Assembly (NCBI GenBank): GCA_030390025.1
Contig: CM059431.1
Coordinates: 147,252,001 to 147,316,000, forward strand
From: Squalus acanthias
Lineage: Eukaryota
Direction of reading: 5' to 3'
Length of the DNA stretch: 64,000 bases
Of the stretch, positions 41,001 to 53,590 are shown piece by piece. The first letter of the stretch is position 1. The number at the start of each line of letters is the position of its first letter. The notes beneath the pieces were generated by a model that worked only from the letters and a program-made list of their open reading frames with translations, ran no database searches and had not been told where the DNA came from. Position numbers and translations under genes: made by a program.

Positions 41001-44000
41001 AGCTTTACTCTGTATCTAAACCGTGCTGTACCTATCCTGGGAGTGTTTGACAGGACAGTGTAGAGTGAGTTTTACTCTGTATCTAACCCGTGCTGTACCA
41101 GGCCTGGGAGTGTTTGATGGGACATTTCAAGGGAGCATTACTCTGTATCTAACCCGTGCTGTACTAGGCCTGGGAGTGTTTGATGGGACATGCAGAGGGA
41201 GCTTTACTCTGTATTTAACCCGTGCTGTAACTGACCTGGGAGTGTTTGATGGGTCAGTGTAGAGGGAGCTTTACTCTGTAGCTAACCCGTGCTGTAACTG
41301 ACCTGGGAGTGTTTGATGGGTCAGTGTAGAGGGAGCTTTACTCTGTATCTAACCCGTGCTGTACCTGCCCTGGGAGTGTTTGATGGGACAGTGTAGAGAG
41401 AGCTTTACTCTGTATCTAACCCGTGCTGTACCAGGCCTGGGAGTGTTTGATGGGACAGTGTAGAGGGAGCTTTACTCTGTATTTAACCTGTGCTGTACCT
41501 CGCCTGGAAGTGTTTGATGGGACAGTTAGAGGCAGCTTTACTCTGTATCTAACCCGTGCTGTACCTGGCCTGGAAGTGTTTGATGGGACAGTTAGAGGCA
41601 GCTTTACTCTGTATCTAACCCGTGCTGTAACTGACCTGGGAGTGTTTGATGAGACAGTGTAGAGTAAGCTTTACTCTGTATCTAACCCGTGCTGTACAAG
41701 GCCTGGGAGTGTTTGATGGGACCTGTAGAGGGTGCTTTACTCTGTATCTAACCCATGCTGTACCTGCCCTGGGAGTGTTTGATGGGACAGTATAGAGGGA
41801 TCTTTACTCTGTATTTAACCCGTGCTGTACCTGCCCTGGGAGTGTTTGATGGGAGAGTGTAGAGGGAGCTTTACTCTGGAACTAACCATTGCTGTGCCGG
41901 CCCTGGGATTGTTTGATGGGACAGTGTGGAGGGAGCTTTACTCTGTATTTAACCCGTGCTGTACCTGGCCTGGGAGTGTTTGATGGGACATGTAGAGGGA
42001 GCTTTACTCTGGATCTAACCCTTGCTGTACCAGGCCTGGGAGTGTTTGATGGGACATTTCAAGGGAGCCTTACTCTGTATCTAACCCGTGCTGTAATGGC
42101 CTGGGAGTGTTTGATGGGACATGTAGAGGGAGCTTTACTCTGTATCTAACCCGTGCTGTACCAGGCCTGGCAGTGTTTGATGGGACAGTGTAGATGGAGC
42201 TTTACTCTGTATTTAACCCGTGCTGTAACTGACCTGGGAGTGTTTGATGGGTCAGTGTAGAGGGAGCTTTACTCTGTATCTAACCCGTGCTGCACCAGGC
42301 CTGGGAGTGTTTGATGGGACAGTGTAGATGGAGCTTTACTCTGTATTTAAGCCGTGCCTTACCTGCCCTGCGAATGTTTGATGGGATAATGTAGAGGGAA
42401 CTTTACTCTGTATCTAACCCGTGCTGTAACTGACCTGGGAATGTTTGATGGGTCAGTGTAGAGGGAGCTTTACTCTGTATTTAACCTGTGCTGTACCTGG
42501 CCTGGAAGTGTTTGATGGGACAGTTAGAGGCAGCTTTACTCTGTATCTAACCCGTGCTGTACCTGCCCTGGGAGTGTTTGATGGGACAGTGTAGAGAGAG
42601 CTTTACTCTGTATCTAACCCGTGCTGTACCAGGCCTGGGAGTGTTTGATGGGACAGTGTAGAGGGAGCTTTACTCTGTATTTAACCTGTGCTGTACCTGG
42701 CCTGGAAGTGTTTGATGGGACAGTTAGAGGCAGCTTTACTCTGTATCTAACCCGTGCTGTACCTGGCCTGGAAGTGTTTGATGGGACAGTTAGAGGCAGC
42801 TTTACTCTGTATCTAACCCGTGCTGTAACTGACCTGGGAATGTTTGATGGGTCAGTGTAGAGGGAGCTTTACTCTGTATTTAACCCGTGCTGTACCTGCC
42901 CTGGGAATGTTTGATGGGTCAGTGTAGAGGGAGCTTTACTCTGTATTTAACCCGTGCTGTACCTGGCCTGGGAGTGTTTGACAGGACAGTGTAGAGGGAG
43001 CTTTACTCTGTATCTAACCCGTGCTGTACCAGGCCTGGGAGTGTTTGATGGGACCTGTAGAGGGAGCTTTACTCTGTATCTAACCCGTGCTGTACCAGGC
43101 CTGGGAGTGTTTGATGGGACCTGTAGAGGGAGCTTTACTCTGTATCTAACCCGTGCTATACCTGCCCTGGGAGTGTTTGATGGGACAGTTAGAGGGAGCT
43201 TTACTCTGTATTTAACCCGAGCCTTACCTGCCCTGGGAGTGTTTGATGGGACAGTGTAGATGGTGCTTTACTCTGTATTTAACCCGTGCTGTACCTGCCC
43301 TGGGAGTGTTTGATGGGACAGTGTAGAGGGAGCTTTACTCTGTATCTAAACCCGTGCTGTAACTGCCCTGGGTGTGTTTGATGGGACAGTGTAGAGGGAG
43401 CTTTACTCTGTATTTAACCCATGCTGTACCTGGCCTGGGAGTGTTTGATGGGACAGTGCAGAGGGAGCTTTACTCTGTATCTAACCCGTGCCTTACCTGC
43501 CTTGGGAGTGTTTGATGGGACAGTGTAGAGGGAGCTTTACTCTGTACCTGACCCTTGCTGTACCAGGCCTGGGAGTGTTTGATGGGACAGTTAGAGGGAG
43601 CTTTACTCTGTATCTAACCCGTGCTGTACTAGGCCTGGGAGTGTTTGATGGGACAGTGCAGATGGAGCTTTACTCTGTATCTAACCCGTGCTGTATCTGC
43701 CCTGGGATTGTTTGATGGGACAGTGCAGAGGGAGCTTTACTCTGTATCTAACCTGTGCTGTACCTGCCCTGGTAGTGTTTGATGGGACAGTGTAGAGGGA
43801 GCTTTACTCTGAATCTAAACCGTGCTGTACCTGCTTTGGGAGTGTTTGATGGGACTGTGTAGTGGGAGCTTTACTCTGTATCTAACCCGTGCTGTACCTG
43901 CACTGGGACTGTTTGATGGGACAGTGTAGAGGGAGCTTTACTCTGTATTTAACCCGTGCCTTACCTGCCCCGCGAATGTTTGATGGGACAGTGTAGAGGG

Positions 44001-44483
44001 AGCTTTACTCTGTATCTAACCCGTGCTGTAACTGACCTGGGAGTGTTTGATGGGTCAGTGTAGAGGGAGCTTTACTCTGTATCTAACCCGTGCTGTACCT
44101 GCCCTGGGAGTGTTTGATGGGACAGGGTAGAGGGAGCTTTACTCTGTATCTAACCCGTGCTGTACCAGGCCTGTGAGTGTTTGACAGGACAGTGTAGAGG
44201 GAGCTTTACTCTGTATCTAACCCGTGCTGTCCCTGGCCTAGGAGTGTTTGATGGGACAGTGCAGAGGGAGATTTACTCTGTATCTAACCCATGCTGTACC
44301 AGGCCTGGGAGTGTTTGATGGGACCTGTAGAGGGAACTTTACTCTGTATCTAACCCGTGCTGTTCCTGCCCTGGGAGTGTTTGATGGGACAGGGTCGAGG
44401 GAGCTTTACTCTGAATCTAACCCGTGCTGTACCTGTCCTGGGAGTGTTTGATGGGACAGTGTAGAGGGAGCTTTACTCTGTAT
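38076..44483. repeat. 67-bp satellite array (about 90 units) with a 1629-bp higher-order duplication
   Basis: Period of 67 measured (38351 to 38418). Identical ORF translations and an identical Penelope insert are offset by 1629 bp. Confidence 0.95.
39191..39228 (+). ncRNA. Minimal type-I hammerhead ribozyme motif in a Penelope end fragment (duplicated at 40820-40857)
   Basis: TCAC-CTGAGGA-A-GGAGC(GATA)GCTCC-GAAA-GC-TT-GTGA: stem I TCAC/GTGA, conserved core, 5-bp stem II and palindromic AAGCTT at stem III. Confidence 0.7.
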
Positions 44484-45480
44484 TGAAAGGATTCGCAAAA
44501 TTTCATGTGTCCCCCCTGCCCCCCCGAAGATTTTATTGGACTTATTAAAAGGAACCCTGTTCAGACAGAGTTTTAAAATCCAGGGCATGGCTGCGGTCAG
44601 ACCTCGTGTCCAAGAGCCTGTCAGTTTTCATTTCAGACGCTGGCAATCTATCAGCTTGTGTATTCCGATGCATTGGGGACAAACCCAATTACAATCAGGT
44701 CTACGCATCAGGCTTTCAAGGTATTTGCTCAAATATTCAGCGGGGACATTGAGACTGGGCTGGCCCATCATCGAACCTGTCGGACAAAGGGAGCAGTTGA
44801 AGAACTGGCCTGATACAATTACCGGCCATCTAACATGATGGGCCATGATCGGAACCTTTTGTTAAAATTCATTATGCCCAGATCAGACAATAGAAGTGAG
44901 CTGATCTGAAGGGAGATTAGGACGACCGGGAAGGTATAACTGGGAAGACCCAGCCACTCGCTCTCTCTCTCTGCCTGGGTCCCGGGTACTCTGTCTGTCT
45001 GCTAGCAGCCAAGAAGAAGACTAGAAACTTCGTAGCCACATTTCGACGGCAGAGACAGGGCACAGGGCCAGGTTTTTCCATCCACTTCACCGGTGAGCAT
45101 TATCTTCTTCTGGCTGTCGCAAGACGATTTTGGTTAGGCGTAAGGGTGGGAATTAATGGGAAATTGCTAAAATTGTAATTTTAGGATTTTCCCTCGATGT
45201 GTTCGTTCTCCTCCCATGTTAAGTGTAAAACCGTACTGTATAGTGATTTCGTTTTCTTCATATAATACTGTTTCTCTGTAGTTTTACTTCTGTAAATAAA
45301 CATTGGTTTTCCTTGCACCAATCCACGGGTCTGTTCGTTTGTCCTTATCGCCGCTCGATAAGTCCTGGGCTCAGAACTAGGAAGGGGATAGCGATTCGCA
45401 ACCGCACAGCGGGCAGAACAGCCCAGGAAAACATAACTGGCTGACCTACAAATAAGCCCCTGAGACAAAAACCCCTTACA
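44484..45480 (+). mobile_element. Probable solo LTR (about 1 kb)
   Basis: Termini TGAAAGG…CCTTACA form an imperfect inverted repeat; AATAAA near 45295; no coding capacity; no TSD seen. Confidence 0.55.
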
Positions 45481-45950
45481 ATGTACGCAAACAAACAAAG
45501 TGTGGTGAATAAGGTCGGTGAGCTACAAGCACAATTAGCCGTGTGGCAATATGATGATGTGGCAATAACGGAAACGTGGCTTAAAAACGGTGAGGACTGG
45601 GCACTTAATATTCAAGGGTGTAAGATGTTCAGAAAAGATAGGGAGGGAAAAAAGGGAGGTGGGGTGGCACAGCTGATTAAGGAAGACATTGTAGTGTTGG
45701 AAAGGGAGGATGTTCCTGAGGGGTTTGATCGCGCTATTGGGAGTATTCTACAGGCCTCCAAATAGTGAGAGGGAGGTAGGGGAGGAAATCTGCAGGGAAA
45801 TCGCAGAGATATGCAAGAGCTATAGAGTGGTGATATTGGGGGACTTTAATTACTCAAATACCGATTGGGATAATGCTAGGGTAAAGGGAAAGGAGGGGGA
45901 GGAATTTCTGAAATGTGTTCAGGAGAATTTCCTTGACCAGTAAGTTCTTG
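45481..45950 (+). mobile_element. CR1 ORF2 endonuclease N-terminal fragment
   Basis: AITETWL, RKDREGKKGGGVA, YRPP and GDFN motifs. Confidence 0.9.
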
Positions 45951-46050
45951 GCCCGCTAGATGGCGGTAAGACAGGATGACTCCCTTTATAAAGCTGCGGG
46001 TGGTTGGGGGCCCGCCTGGCTGCTAGATGGCGCTGTGTCAGGATGACTCC

Positions 46051-47084
46051 TACCAACAGGGTACCCTACGTCGTCCAGTACTTCCTCGGAGCGGAGAAAC
46101 TACGCCATGTTCTTCGCAGCCTTCAACATGTCATCGATGACGACGCACACATCGCTAAGGCCATCCCCATGCCTCCACTACTCGCCTTCAAACAGCCGCC
46201 TAACCTCAAAAGTACCATCGTTTGCAGCAAATTACCCAGCTTTCAGGAGAACAGCGACCACGACACCACACAACCCTGCCACGGCAACCTCTGCAAGACA
46301 TGCCAGATCATCAACACAGATACCATCATCACACGTGAGGACACTACCCACCAGGTACATGGTACATACTCATGTGACTCGGCCAACGTTGTCTACCTGA
46401 TACATTGCAGGAAAGGATGCCCCGGAGCATGGTACATCGGCAAGACCATGCAGACACTGAGACAACGTATGAGCGGACACCACGCAACAATCGCCAGGCA
46501 GGATTGTTACCTCCCAGTCGGGGAACACTTCAGCAGTCAAGGACATTCAGCCTCCGATCTTCGGGTAAGCGTTCTCCAAGGCAGCCTTCGAGACACACGA
46601 CAACGCAAAATCATCGAGCAGAAACTGATAGCCAAGTTCCGCACCCATGAGGACGGCCTCAACCGGGATCTTGGGTTCATGTCACGCTACATGATGTAGA
46701 GTCATCCAGACTCGAGTCGTCGTTGGCTTGTTCACAAATGTGATTTCCATTTAAAAAAAAGTAAAATTTTTAAAGTTTATACAGACTGCATTTGACACAT
46801 TAGACCCCCTGTGACCCCACCTCATTGTCTTAGTTGTATTTTGCTATGTCTTTGATATAATGCCTTCCTGACCTGATTGTCTCTCTGCCGAGGTGTGATA
46901 AAAGGCAGTCAGAAAGATGAACTGTAGTCGTCTGACATTGTACGCTGCACAGGCATTGTTCTCTGTCTATATATGCTTTGCCGATTCGTATTCCTTCACT
47001 TCACCTGACAAAGGGGCAGCAGCACCGAAAGCTTGTGATTTCAAATAAAACTGTTGGACTATAACCTGGTGTGATGCGACTTCC
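46051..47084 (+). mobile_element. 5'-truncated Penelope-like element (Cys-rich linker, GIY-YIG endonuclease and terminal repeat)
   Basis: PCHGNLCKTC…NVVYLIHCRKGCPGAWYIGKT…R…H…E…GLN; degenerate hammerhead at 47001-47038. Confidence 0.9.
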
Positions 47085-47315
47085 CCTTTATAAAGATGCC
47101 GGGCTGCAGTGAGCCCTCCTGGCCGCTAGATGGCGCTTTGCCAGGATGACTCCTTTTATAAGTGGAGATGCCGGCGTTGGACTGGGGTGGACAAAACTGA
47201 GCCGCACAACACCAGGTTAGTCCACAGATGACTGTCTTTATAAAGATGCCGGGCTGCAGTGAGCCCTCCCGGCTGCTAGATGGCGCTGTGACAGGATGAC
47301 TCCCTTTATAAAGAT

Positions 47316-50300
47316 AATAACAGAAAACGGTGGAAAAACTCAGCAGGCGAGGCAGCATCCGTGGAGAGAGAAACAGAGTTAACGTTACAGGTCGAAGACC
47401 TTTCGTCAGAACTGGAAATAGCAGGAAATCAAATGGATTTAAGGCAAGGATAAAGCTGGGAAAAGGGGGAGGGGATGAAAGAACAAAAGGAGACATTAAG
47501 AGACATTAAGAGATATTCAAGGCTAGAGGTGGTGTTTATGTGACAGGTTGAGGCTGAAAGAAGTGTGAAATGCACTGGCAGAATGAAGGACAGCTGCCAG
47601 CTTCTAGGAGGGAAAAAAAGGTGGGGGGCAAACAAAAGGGTGGATGAAAAAATAAAATATAAATGTGATTGGGGCTGAGGTTATGATCTGAAATTGTTGA
47701 ACTCGATATTGAGTCCACAGGGCTGTAGTGTGCCTAAACGAAAGATTAGGTGCTGTTCCTCGAGCTTCCGCTACGCTTCCGTGGAACAGTGTAATAGGCC
47801 AAGGACGGTGAGGTCAGAGTGGGAGTGAAGCGGTGAATTAAAGTGACAGGCCACCGGGAGCTCGGGGTCCCCCTTACGGACTGAACGGAGGTGTTCCGCA
47901 AAGCGGTCACCCAATCTGCGTTTGGTCTCCCCAATGTAGAGGAGACCACATCGTGAGCAGCGAATACAGTATACTAAATTGCAGGAAGTACAAGTAAATC
48001 GCTGTTTCACCTGGAAGGGGTGTTTGGGGGCCTGGAGAGTGGGAAGGGAGGATGTATAAGGGCAGGTGTTGCATCTCTTGCGCTTGCACGGGAAGGTGCC
48101 GGGCGAAGGGAAAGGGGTGCTGGGGGTGGTAGAGGAGTGGACCAGGGTGTCGCGGAGGGAGCGGTCCCTGCGGAATGCTGAAAGGGGAGGTGAGGGGAAG
48201 ATACGTTTGGTGGTGGGATCACGTTGGAGGTGGCGGAAATGACGGAGGATGATCCGTTGAATGTGGAGGCTGGTGGGGTGAAAGGTGAGGACAAGGGGAA
48301 CTCTATCGTGGTTCCGGGAGGGAGGGAGGGGCCGGGGTGAGGGCAGAAGTGCGGGAGATAGAACGGACACGGTCGAGGGCCGTGTTGACCACGGTAGAGG
48401 GGAATCCTCGGTTGAGGAAAAAGGAAGACATGTCGGAAGCACTGGTATGGAAGGTGGCATCGTCGGAGCAGATGTGGCGGAGACGGAGAAACTGGGAGAA
48501 GGGAATAGAGTCCTTACAGGAGGCGGGGTGGGAGGAAGTGTAGTCCAGGTAGCTGTGGGAGTCAGTGGGCTTGTAGTGAATGTTGGTCAATAACCTATCC
48601 CCAGAGATGGAGACGGAGAAGTCGAGGAAGGGGAGGGAAGAGTCGGAGATGGACCATGTGAAGGTGAGGGAAGGGTGGAAATTGGAGGCAAAGTGAATGA
48701 AATTGTCTAGTTCAGGGCGAGAGCAGGAAACGGCACCGATACAGTCGTCAATGTACCGGAAAAAGAGGTGAGGGAGGGGACCCGAGTAGGACTGGAACAA
48801 AGAGTGTTCCACATATCCCACGAAAAGGCAGGCATAGCTAGGACCCATGCGGGTACCCATAGCAACACCTTTGATTTGGAGGAAATGAGTGGAGTCAAAG
48901 GAGAAGTTGTTCAATGTGAGAACAAGTTCAGCCAGGCGGAGGAGGGTGGTGGTGGATGGGGACTGGTTGGGCCTCTGTTCAAGGAAGAAGCGGAGCGCCC
49001 TCAGGCCATCCTGGTGGGGATGGAGGTGTAGAGGGATTGTACGTCCATGGTGAAAAGGAGGCGGTTGGGGCCAGGAAACTGGAAACTGTTAAAGTGGCGG
49101 AGGGCGTCAGAGGAATCGCGGATGTAGGTGGGAAGGGACTGGACAAGGGGAGAAAAAATAGAATCGAGATAGGAAGAGATAAGTTCCGTGGGGCAAGAGC
49201 AGGCTGAAACGATGGGTCTACCAGGGCAGTCCTGTTTGTGGATCTTGGGAAGGAGGTAGAAGCGGGCTGTGCGGGGTTGGCGAACTATGAGGTTGGCGGC
49301 CGCGGGGGGAAGATCTCCAGAGGAGATGAGGTCAGTGACAGTCTTGGACACAGTGGCTTGATGTTCTGTAGTGGGGTCATGGTCCAGGTGGAGGTAGGAG
49401 GAGGTGTCGGAGAGTTGGCGTTCAACTTCCGCTAGGTAGAGGTCGGTTCGCCAAACAACAACAGCACCACCCTTGTCAGCAGGTTTAATGACAATGTCGG
49501 GGTTGGATCTGAGGGAATGGAGTGCTGCAAGTTCAGAGGGAGGTAGGTTGGAGTGAGAGAGGGGAGCAGAGAAATTGAGCTGGCCGATGTCACGGCGGCA
49601 GTTAGCAATGAAAAGATCTAGAGAGGGTAAGAGGCCAGAGGGAGGGGTCCAGGTGGAACGAGAATTCTGAAAGCGGGAGAAAGGGTCAGCCGTGCGGGGG
49701 TAGACTACTGGCCAGAGAAGTGGGCACGGAGACGGAGGCGGCGGAAAAAGAGCTCAGCATCGTGCCGAGCTCGAAATTCATTGAGATGGGGGCGTAAGGG
49801 GATGAAGCTCAGGCCTTTGCGGAGAACTGATCGTTCGGAGTCAGAGAGGGGAAGGTCAGAGGGGATAGTGAAAACGCGGCAGGGGGTGAGATTGGGAGAA
49901 GGGGGGTCAGTGGAAAGTGAAGGGGAAGAAGGTTCCGGAGGGGCGTTAGTGTCCAAGAGTTGTTGAAGCTTGCGATCCTTGACATCGGAAAGGAAGAAGA
50001 AAAGTTTTTTGTTGAAGCGTCGGATGAGTCTAAGGATGAAATGGAACTGTGGACCCGGACAGCTTTGAGATAGAGTGCGTCGGTGCTGCTGAAGAGAGAT
50101 GTCGAGAGTGTTCATGTGGCGCCGCATGGCGTTGAGCGTGGATCTCAAGATGCGGCGAGAGCAGTAGTTCGAGGAACGATGAATATCTTGGAGATATTTG
50201 TAATCCTGGGTTGATCCGAAACACGAAGGGTGGAAGTTTAGTAGGAATCAACGTGGGATAAGTCGGAACCGGAGACAGTTGCTGAGGAAAGTAATGTGGC

Positions 50301-50718
50301 TGTGAAACCGAGTCTTGGCAGATACCTGATCAAACACGAGAAAGGAAATTGAAAGCAATGACGAGGAACAAGGTTGAAGAGCCAAACGGAAATCCCGTCG
50401 AAGAGAAGAGCAGAACTTCTTCAAGGTAGGCATTCCTAGAAGAGAGGTGGCAGTGAACCAAACACTAATACGATAGCAAAATACTGCGGATGCTGGAAAT
50501 CCGAAATAACAACAGAAAACGCTTGCCTTGAGCATCTCTCAATGTCTCTACTCACTAAAGACCATCCCTTTTGTTCTTTTATTCCTCCCCCCAGCCTCCC
50601 CCTTGCATTTTTATCTGTTTATTTCTTGCTCTCTCAGTTCCGACGATGGGTTTCGACCTGAAACGTTAACTCTCTTTCTCTCTCCACAGATGTTGCCTGG
50701 CCTGCTGAGTTTTTCCAG
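47316..50718 (-). mobile_element. Near full-length Neptune-type Penelope-like element (RT plus GIY-YIG, frameshifted) with an inverted 5' terminal repeat
   Basis: ARFYLLPKIHK, GRPIVS, MDVQSLYTSIP, GVAMGTRMGPSYA, RYIDD, CKRKRCNTC and VYCIRCSRCGLLYIGET. Flanking direct repeat CCCTTTATAAAGAT at 47302-47315 and 50719-50732. Confidence 0.93.
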
Positions 50719-50909
50719 CCCTTTATAAAGATGCCGGGCTCCAGTGCGCCCTCCCGGCTGCTAGATGGCGCTGTGCCAGGATGACTCCCTTTATAAAGAT
50801 GCCGGGCTGCAGTGAGCCCTCCCGGTCGCTAGATGGCACTGCGTAAGGATGACTCCCTTTATAAAGATGCCTCAGTCGGTGCGACACAGGGTTGGAGTGA
50901 TAATCACCA

Positions 50910-51630
50910 CATTAACAACTTGTATTTATATAGCACCTTTAACAGAGTAAAATGTCCCAAGGCGCTTCCCAGGAGTGATTATAAAACAGAATTTGAAAGC
51001 GATCCACATAAGGAGATATTAGGGCAGATGAGGGGCAGGTTTTAAGGAGAGTCTTAAAGGAGGAGAGAGAGGCGGAGAGGTTAAGGGAGGGAATTCCAGA
51101 GCTTGGGGCCGAGGCATTTGAAGGCACGGCCGCCGATGGTTGAGCGATTATAATCAGGGTTGCTCAGGAGAGCAGAATTAGAGGAGCGCAGATATCTCGG
51201 GGTGTTTGCGGGACTGGAGGAGATTACAGAGATAGGGAGTGGCGAGGCCATGGAGGGATTTGAAAACACAGGATGAGAATTTTAAAATCGAGGCGTTGCT
51301 TAACCGGGAGCCAGTGTAGGTCAGCGAGCACAGGGGGTGATGGGCGAACAGGACTTGGTGCGAGTTAGGACACGGGCAGCCGAGTTTTGGATGACCTCAA
51401 GCTCACGTAGGGTGGAATCTGGGAGACTGGCCAGGAGTGCATTGGTATAGTCAAGTCTAGAGGTAACAAAGGCATGGATGAGGGTTTCAACAGCGGATGA
51501 GCAGAGGCAGGAATGGAGGTGGAAATAGGCGGTCTTAGTGACGGTGCATATCTGTGGTCGGAAGTTCATCTCAGGGTCAAATATGACACGAAGGTTGTGA
51601 ACAATCTGGTTCAGCCTCAGACAGTTGCCA
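50910..51630 (-). mobile_element. L2-like LINE 3' fragment
   Basis: ETLIHAFVTSRLDYTNALL…QNSAARVLTRT and RAFKCLGPKLWNSLP. Confidence 0.85.
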
Positions 51631-51699
51631 GGTGTGTGTCTCTCTCTCGCTCTGTGTGTGTGTGTCTCTCTCTCTCGCTGTGCGTGTGTGTCTCTCTCT

Positions 51700-51836
51700 C
51701 CGACAGTGCGGCGCTCCCTCAGTACCGCCCCGGAGTGTTAGCCTAGATTTCTGAGCTAAAGTCCCTGGAGTGGGACTTGAACCCACAACCTTCTGACTCA
51801 GGTGAGAGTGCTGCCCACTGAGCCTCCGCTGCCACA
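51700..51836 (-). mobile_element. tRNA-headed SINE 5' part
   Basis: The minus strand has GGCTCAGTGG (A box) and GGTTCAAGTCCC (B box), followed by the GAGGGAGCGCCGCACTGTC body. Confidence 0.7.
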
Positions 51837-52474
51837 AATTAGGGTTGGTGACCTATAGCTTGGTTAAAGAGGGAGGCTTTAAGGAGAATCTTAAAGGAGG
51901 AGAGAGAGGCGGAGAGGTTTAGGGTGGGAATTCCAGAGCTCAGGGGCCCAGGCAGCTGAAGGCACGGCCGCCAATAGTGGAGCGATGGAAATCGGGGGAT
52001 GCACAAGTGGCCAGAATTGGAGGAGCGCAGAGATCTTGGAGGGTTGTAGGGCTGGAGGAGGTTACAGAGATAGGGAGGGTTGTAGGGGCTGGAGGAGGTT
52101 ACAGAGATAGGGAGGGTTGTAGGGGCTGGAGGAGGTTACAGAGATAGGGAGGGTTGTAGGGACTGGTGGTGTTTACAGAGATAGGGAGGGAAATAGACCG
52201 TTTCCTAGAAGTAAAGGGAATCAGGGGTTACTGGGAGCGGGCTGGAAATTGGACATGAGTTTGAGTTCAGATCAGTCAAGGCCCTGTGGGTGGCGGAGCG
52301 GGCCCAGGGGCCGAGTGGCCTGGTCCTGCTCCTACTTCTTGTTCTTTAGAGTTGAGGCTGGATCAGATCAGCCATGATGTCATTGAATGGCGGAGCAGGC
52401 TCGAGGGGCCGATTGGTCTACTCCTGCTCCTATTTCTTATGTTCTTATGTTAAACCTCACTCCTCAGCTAACTC

Positions 52475-52810
52475 AACACAGGCCGGGGATGGAGCCTGGG
52501 CCTTTCCTGCTCTGTGTGTGTGTGGGGCTCAGTACCACACCGGGTGGGAGATCAGGCTAACTCAGCACTAGGCCGGGGATGGAGCCTGGGCCTTTCCTGC
52601 TCTGTGTTTGTGGGGGGCTCAGTACCACACCGGGTGTGAGATCAGGCTAACTCAGCACTAGGCCGAGGATGGAGCCTGGGCCTGTCCTGCTCTGTGTGTG
52701 TGTGTGTGAGGCTCAGTACCACACCGGGTGTGAGATCAGGCTAACTCAGCACTAGGCCGGAGATGGAGCCTGGGCCTTTCCTGCTCTGTGTATGTGTGTG
52801 TGGGGTCTGA
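52475..52810. repeat. ~90-bp tandem repeat, about 4 copies
   Basis: GGATGGAGCCTGGGCCTTTCCTGCTCTGTG…GGCTCAGTACCACACCGGGTG…GATCAGGCTAACTCAGCACTA. Confidence 0.85.
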
Positions 52811-53094
52811 TCATCGGAACTTAAATCAGGAGATGACCGAACGCCCTCTGGTTCCTCCTCATCAATAAACCGCCCGCACTCCTTGATTAGATTCCAGACT
52901 TTAACAGTCAATCTTTAATCTTTAAACAACGATAATAAACGGCCCTAAACATTCGGGAAAACAATTCAGAAACAGTTCCCAGACAATGGAGCATTCTGGA
53001 ATAGTTTGTTGCCTCTTTGGAATAAAACGACGGAGAAACAATCGACCACAAAACGATAATGTGCTCCCGACAAAAGATTCCACCTCAAGGATGA

Positions 53095-53590
53095 AATATT
53101 GTCCTCGGAGTGGGTGCAGCGAAGATTCACCAGAATGATACCGGGGCTAAAAGGGTTAAATTCCGAGGGCAGGTTGCCCAGACTAGGCTTGTATTCGCTT
53201 GAGTGTAGAAGATTAAGGGGCGATCGAATCGAGGTGTTTTAAGATGATTAAAGGAGTTGAGGGGGTCGATAGAGAGAAACTATTTCCTCTGGTGGGGGGA
53301 GTCCAGAACAAGGGGGGCATCACCTTAAAATTAGAGCCAGGCCGTTCAGGGGTGATGTCAGGAAGCACTTCTTCACACAAAGGGGAGTGGAAATCTGGAA
53401 CTCTCTCCCCCAACAAGCTGTTGAGGCTGTTGGGGGGTCAATTGGGAATTTCAAAACTGAGATTGATAGATTTATGTTGGGTGAGGGTATTAAGGGTTAC
53501 GGAACCAAGGCGGGTAGATGGACATAGCACACAGATCAGCCATGATCTCATTGAATGGCGGAGCAGGCTCGAGGGGACCGAATGAGGGAG
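53095..53590 (+). mobile_element. CR1 3' fragment
   Basis: GTGCAGCGAAGATTCACCAG…, RGDRIEVFK-like segment and 3' UTR GGCGGAGCAGGCTCGAGGGG. Confidence 0.85.

Larger units (their letters stand above)
45950..50870 (+). promoter_or_regulatory. 68-bp repeat units carrying CTCF-like motifs (six copies, split by Penelope insertions)
   Basis: Unit GATGACTCCCTTTATAAAGATGCCGGGCTGCAGTGAGCCCTCCCGGCTGCTAGATGGCGCTGTGCCAG. Cores at about 45952, 46019, 47122, 47272, 50757 and 50825. Confidence 0.6.

Noticed and set aside
38076..44483. Regularly spaced repeats as a CRISPR array, or repeated ORFs as genes
   Set aside because: The 67-bp units are head-to-tail with no unique spacers, no cas genes are present and the context is eukaryotic. 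The ORFs are satellite translations.
51770..51836. tRNA gene
   Set aside because: A and B boxes are present, but there is no cloverleaf and the sequence continues into a SINE body.
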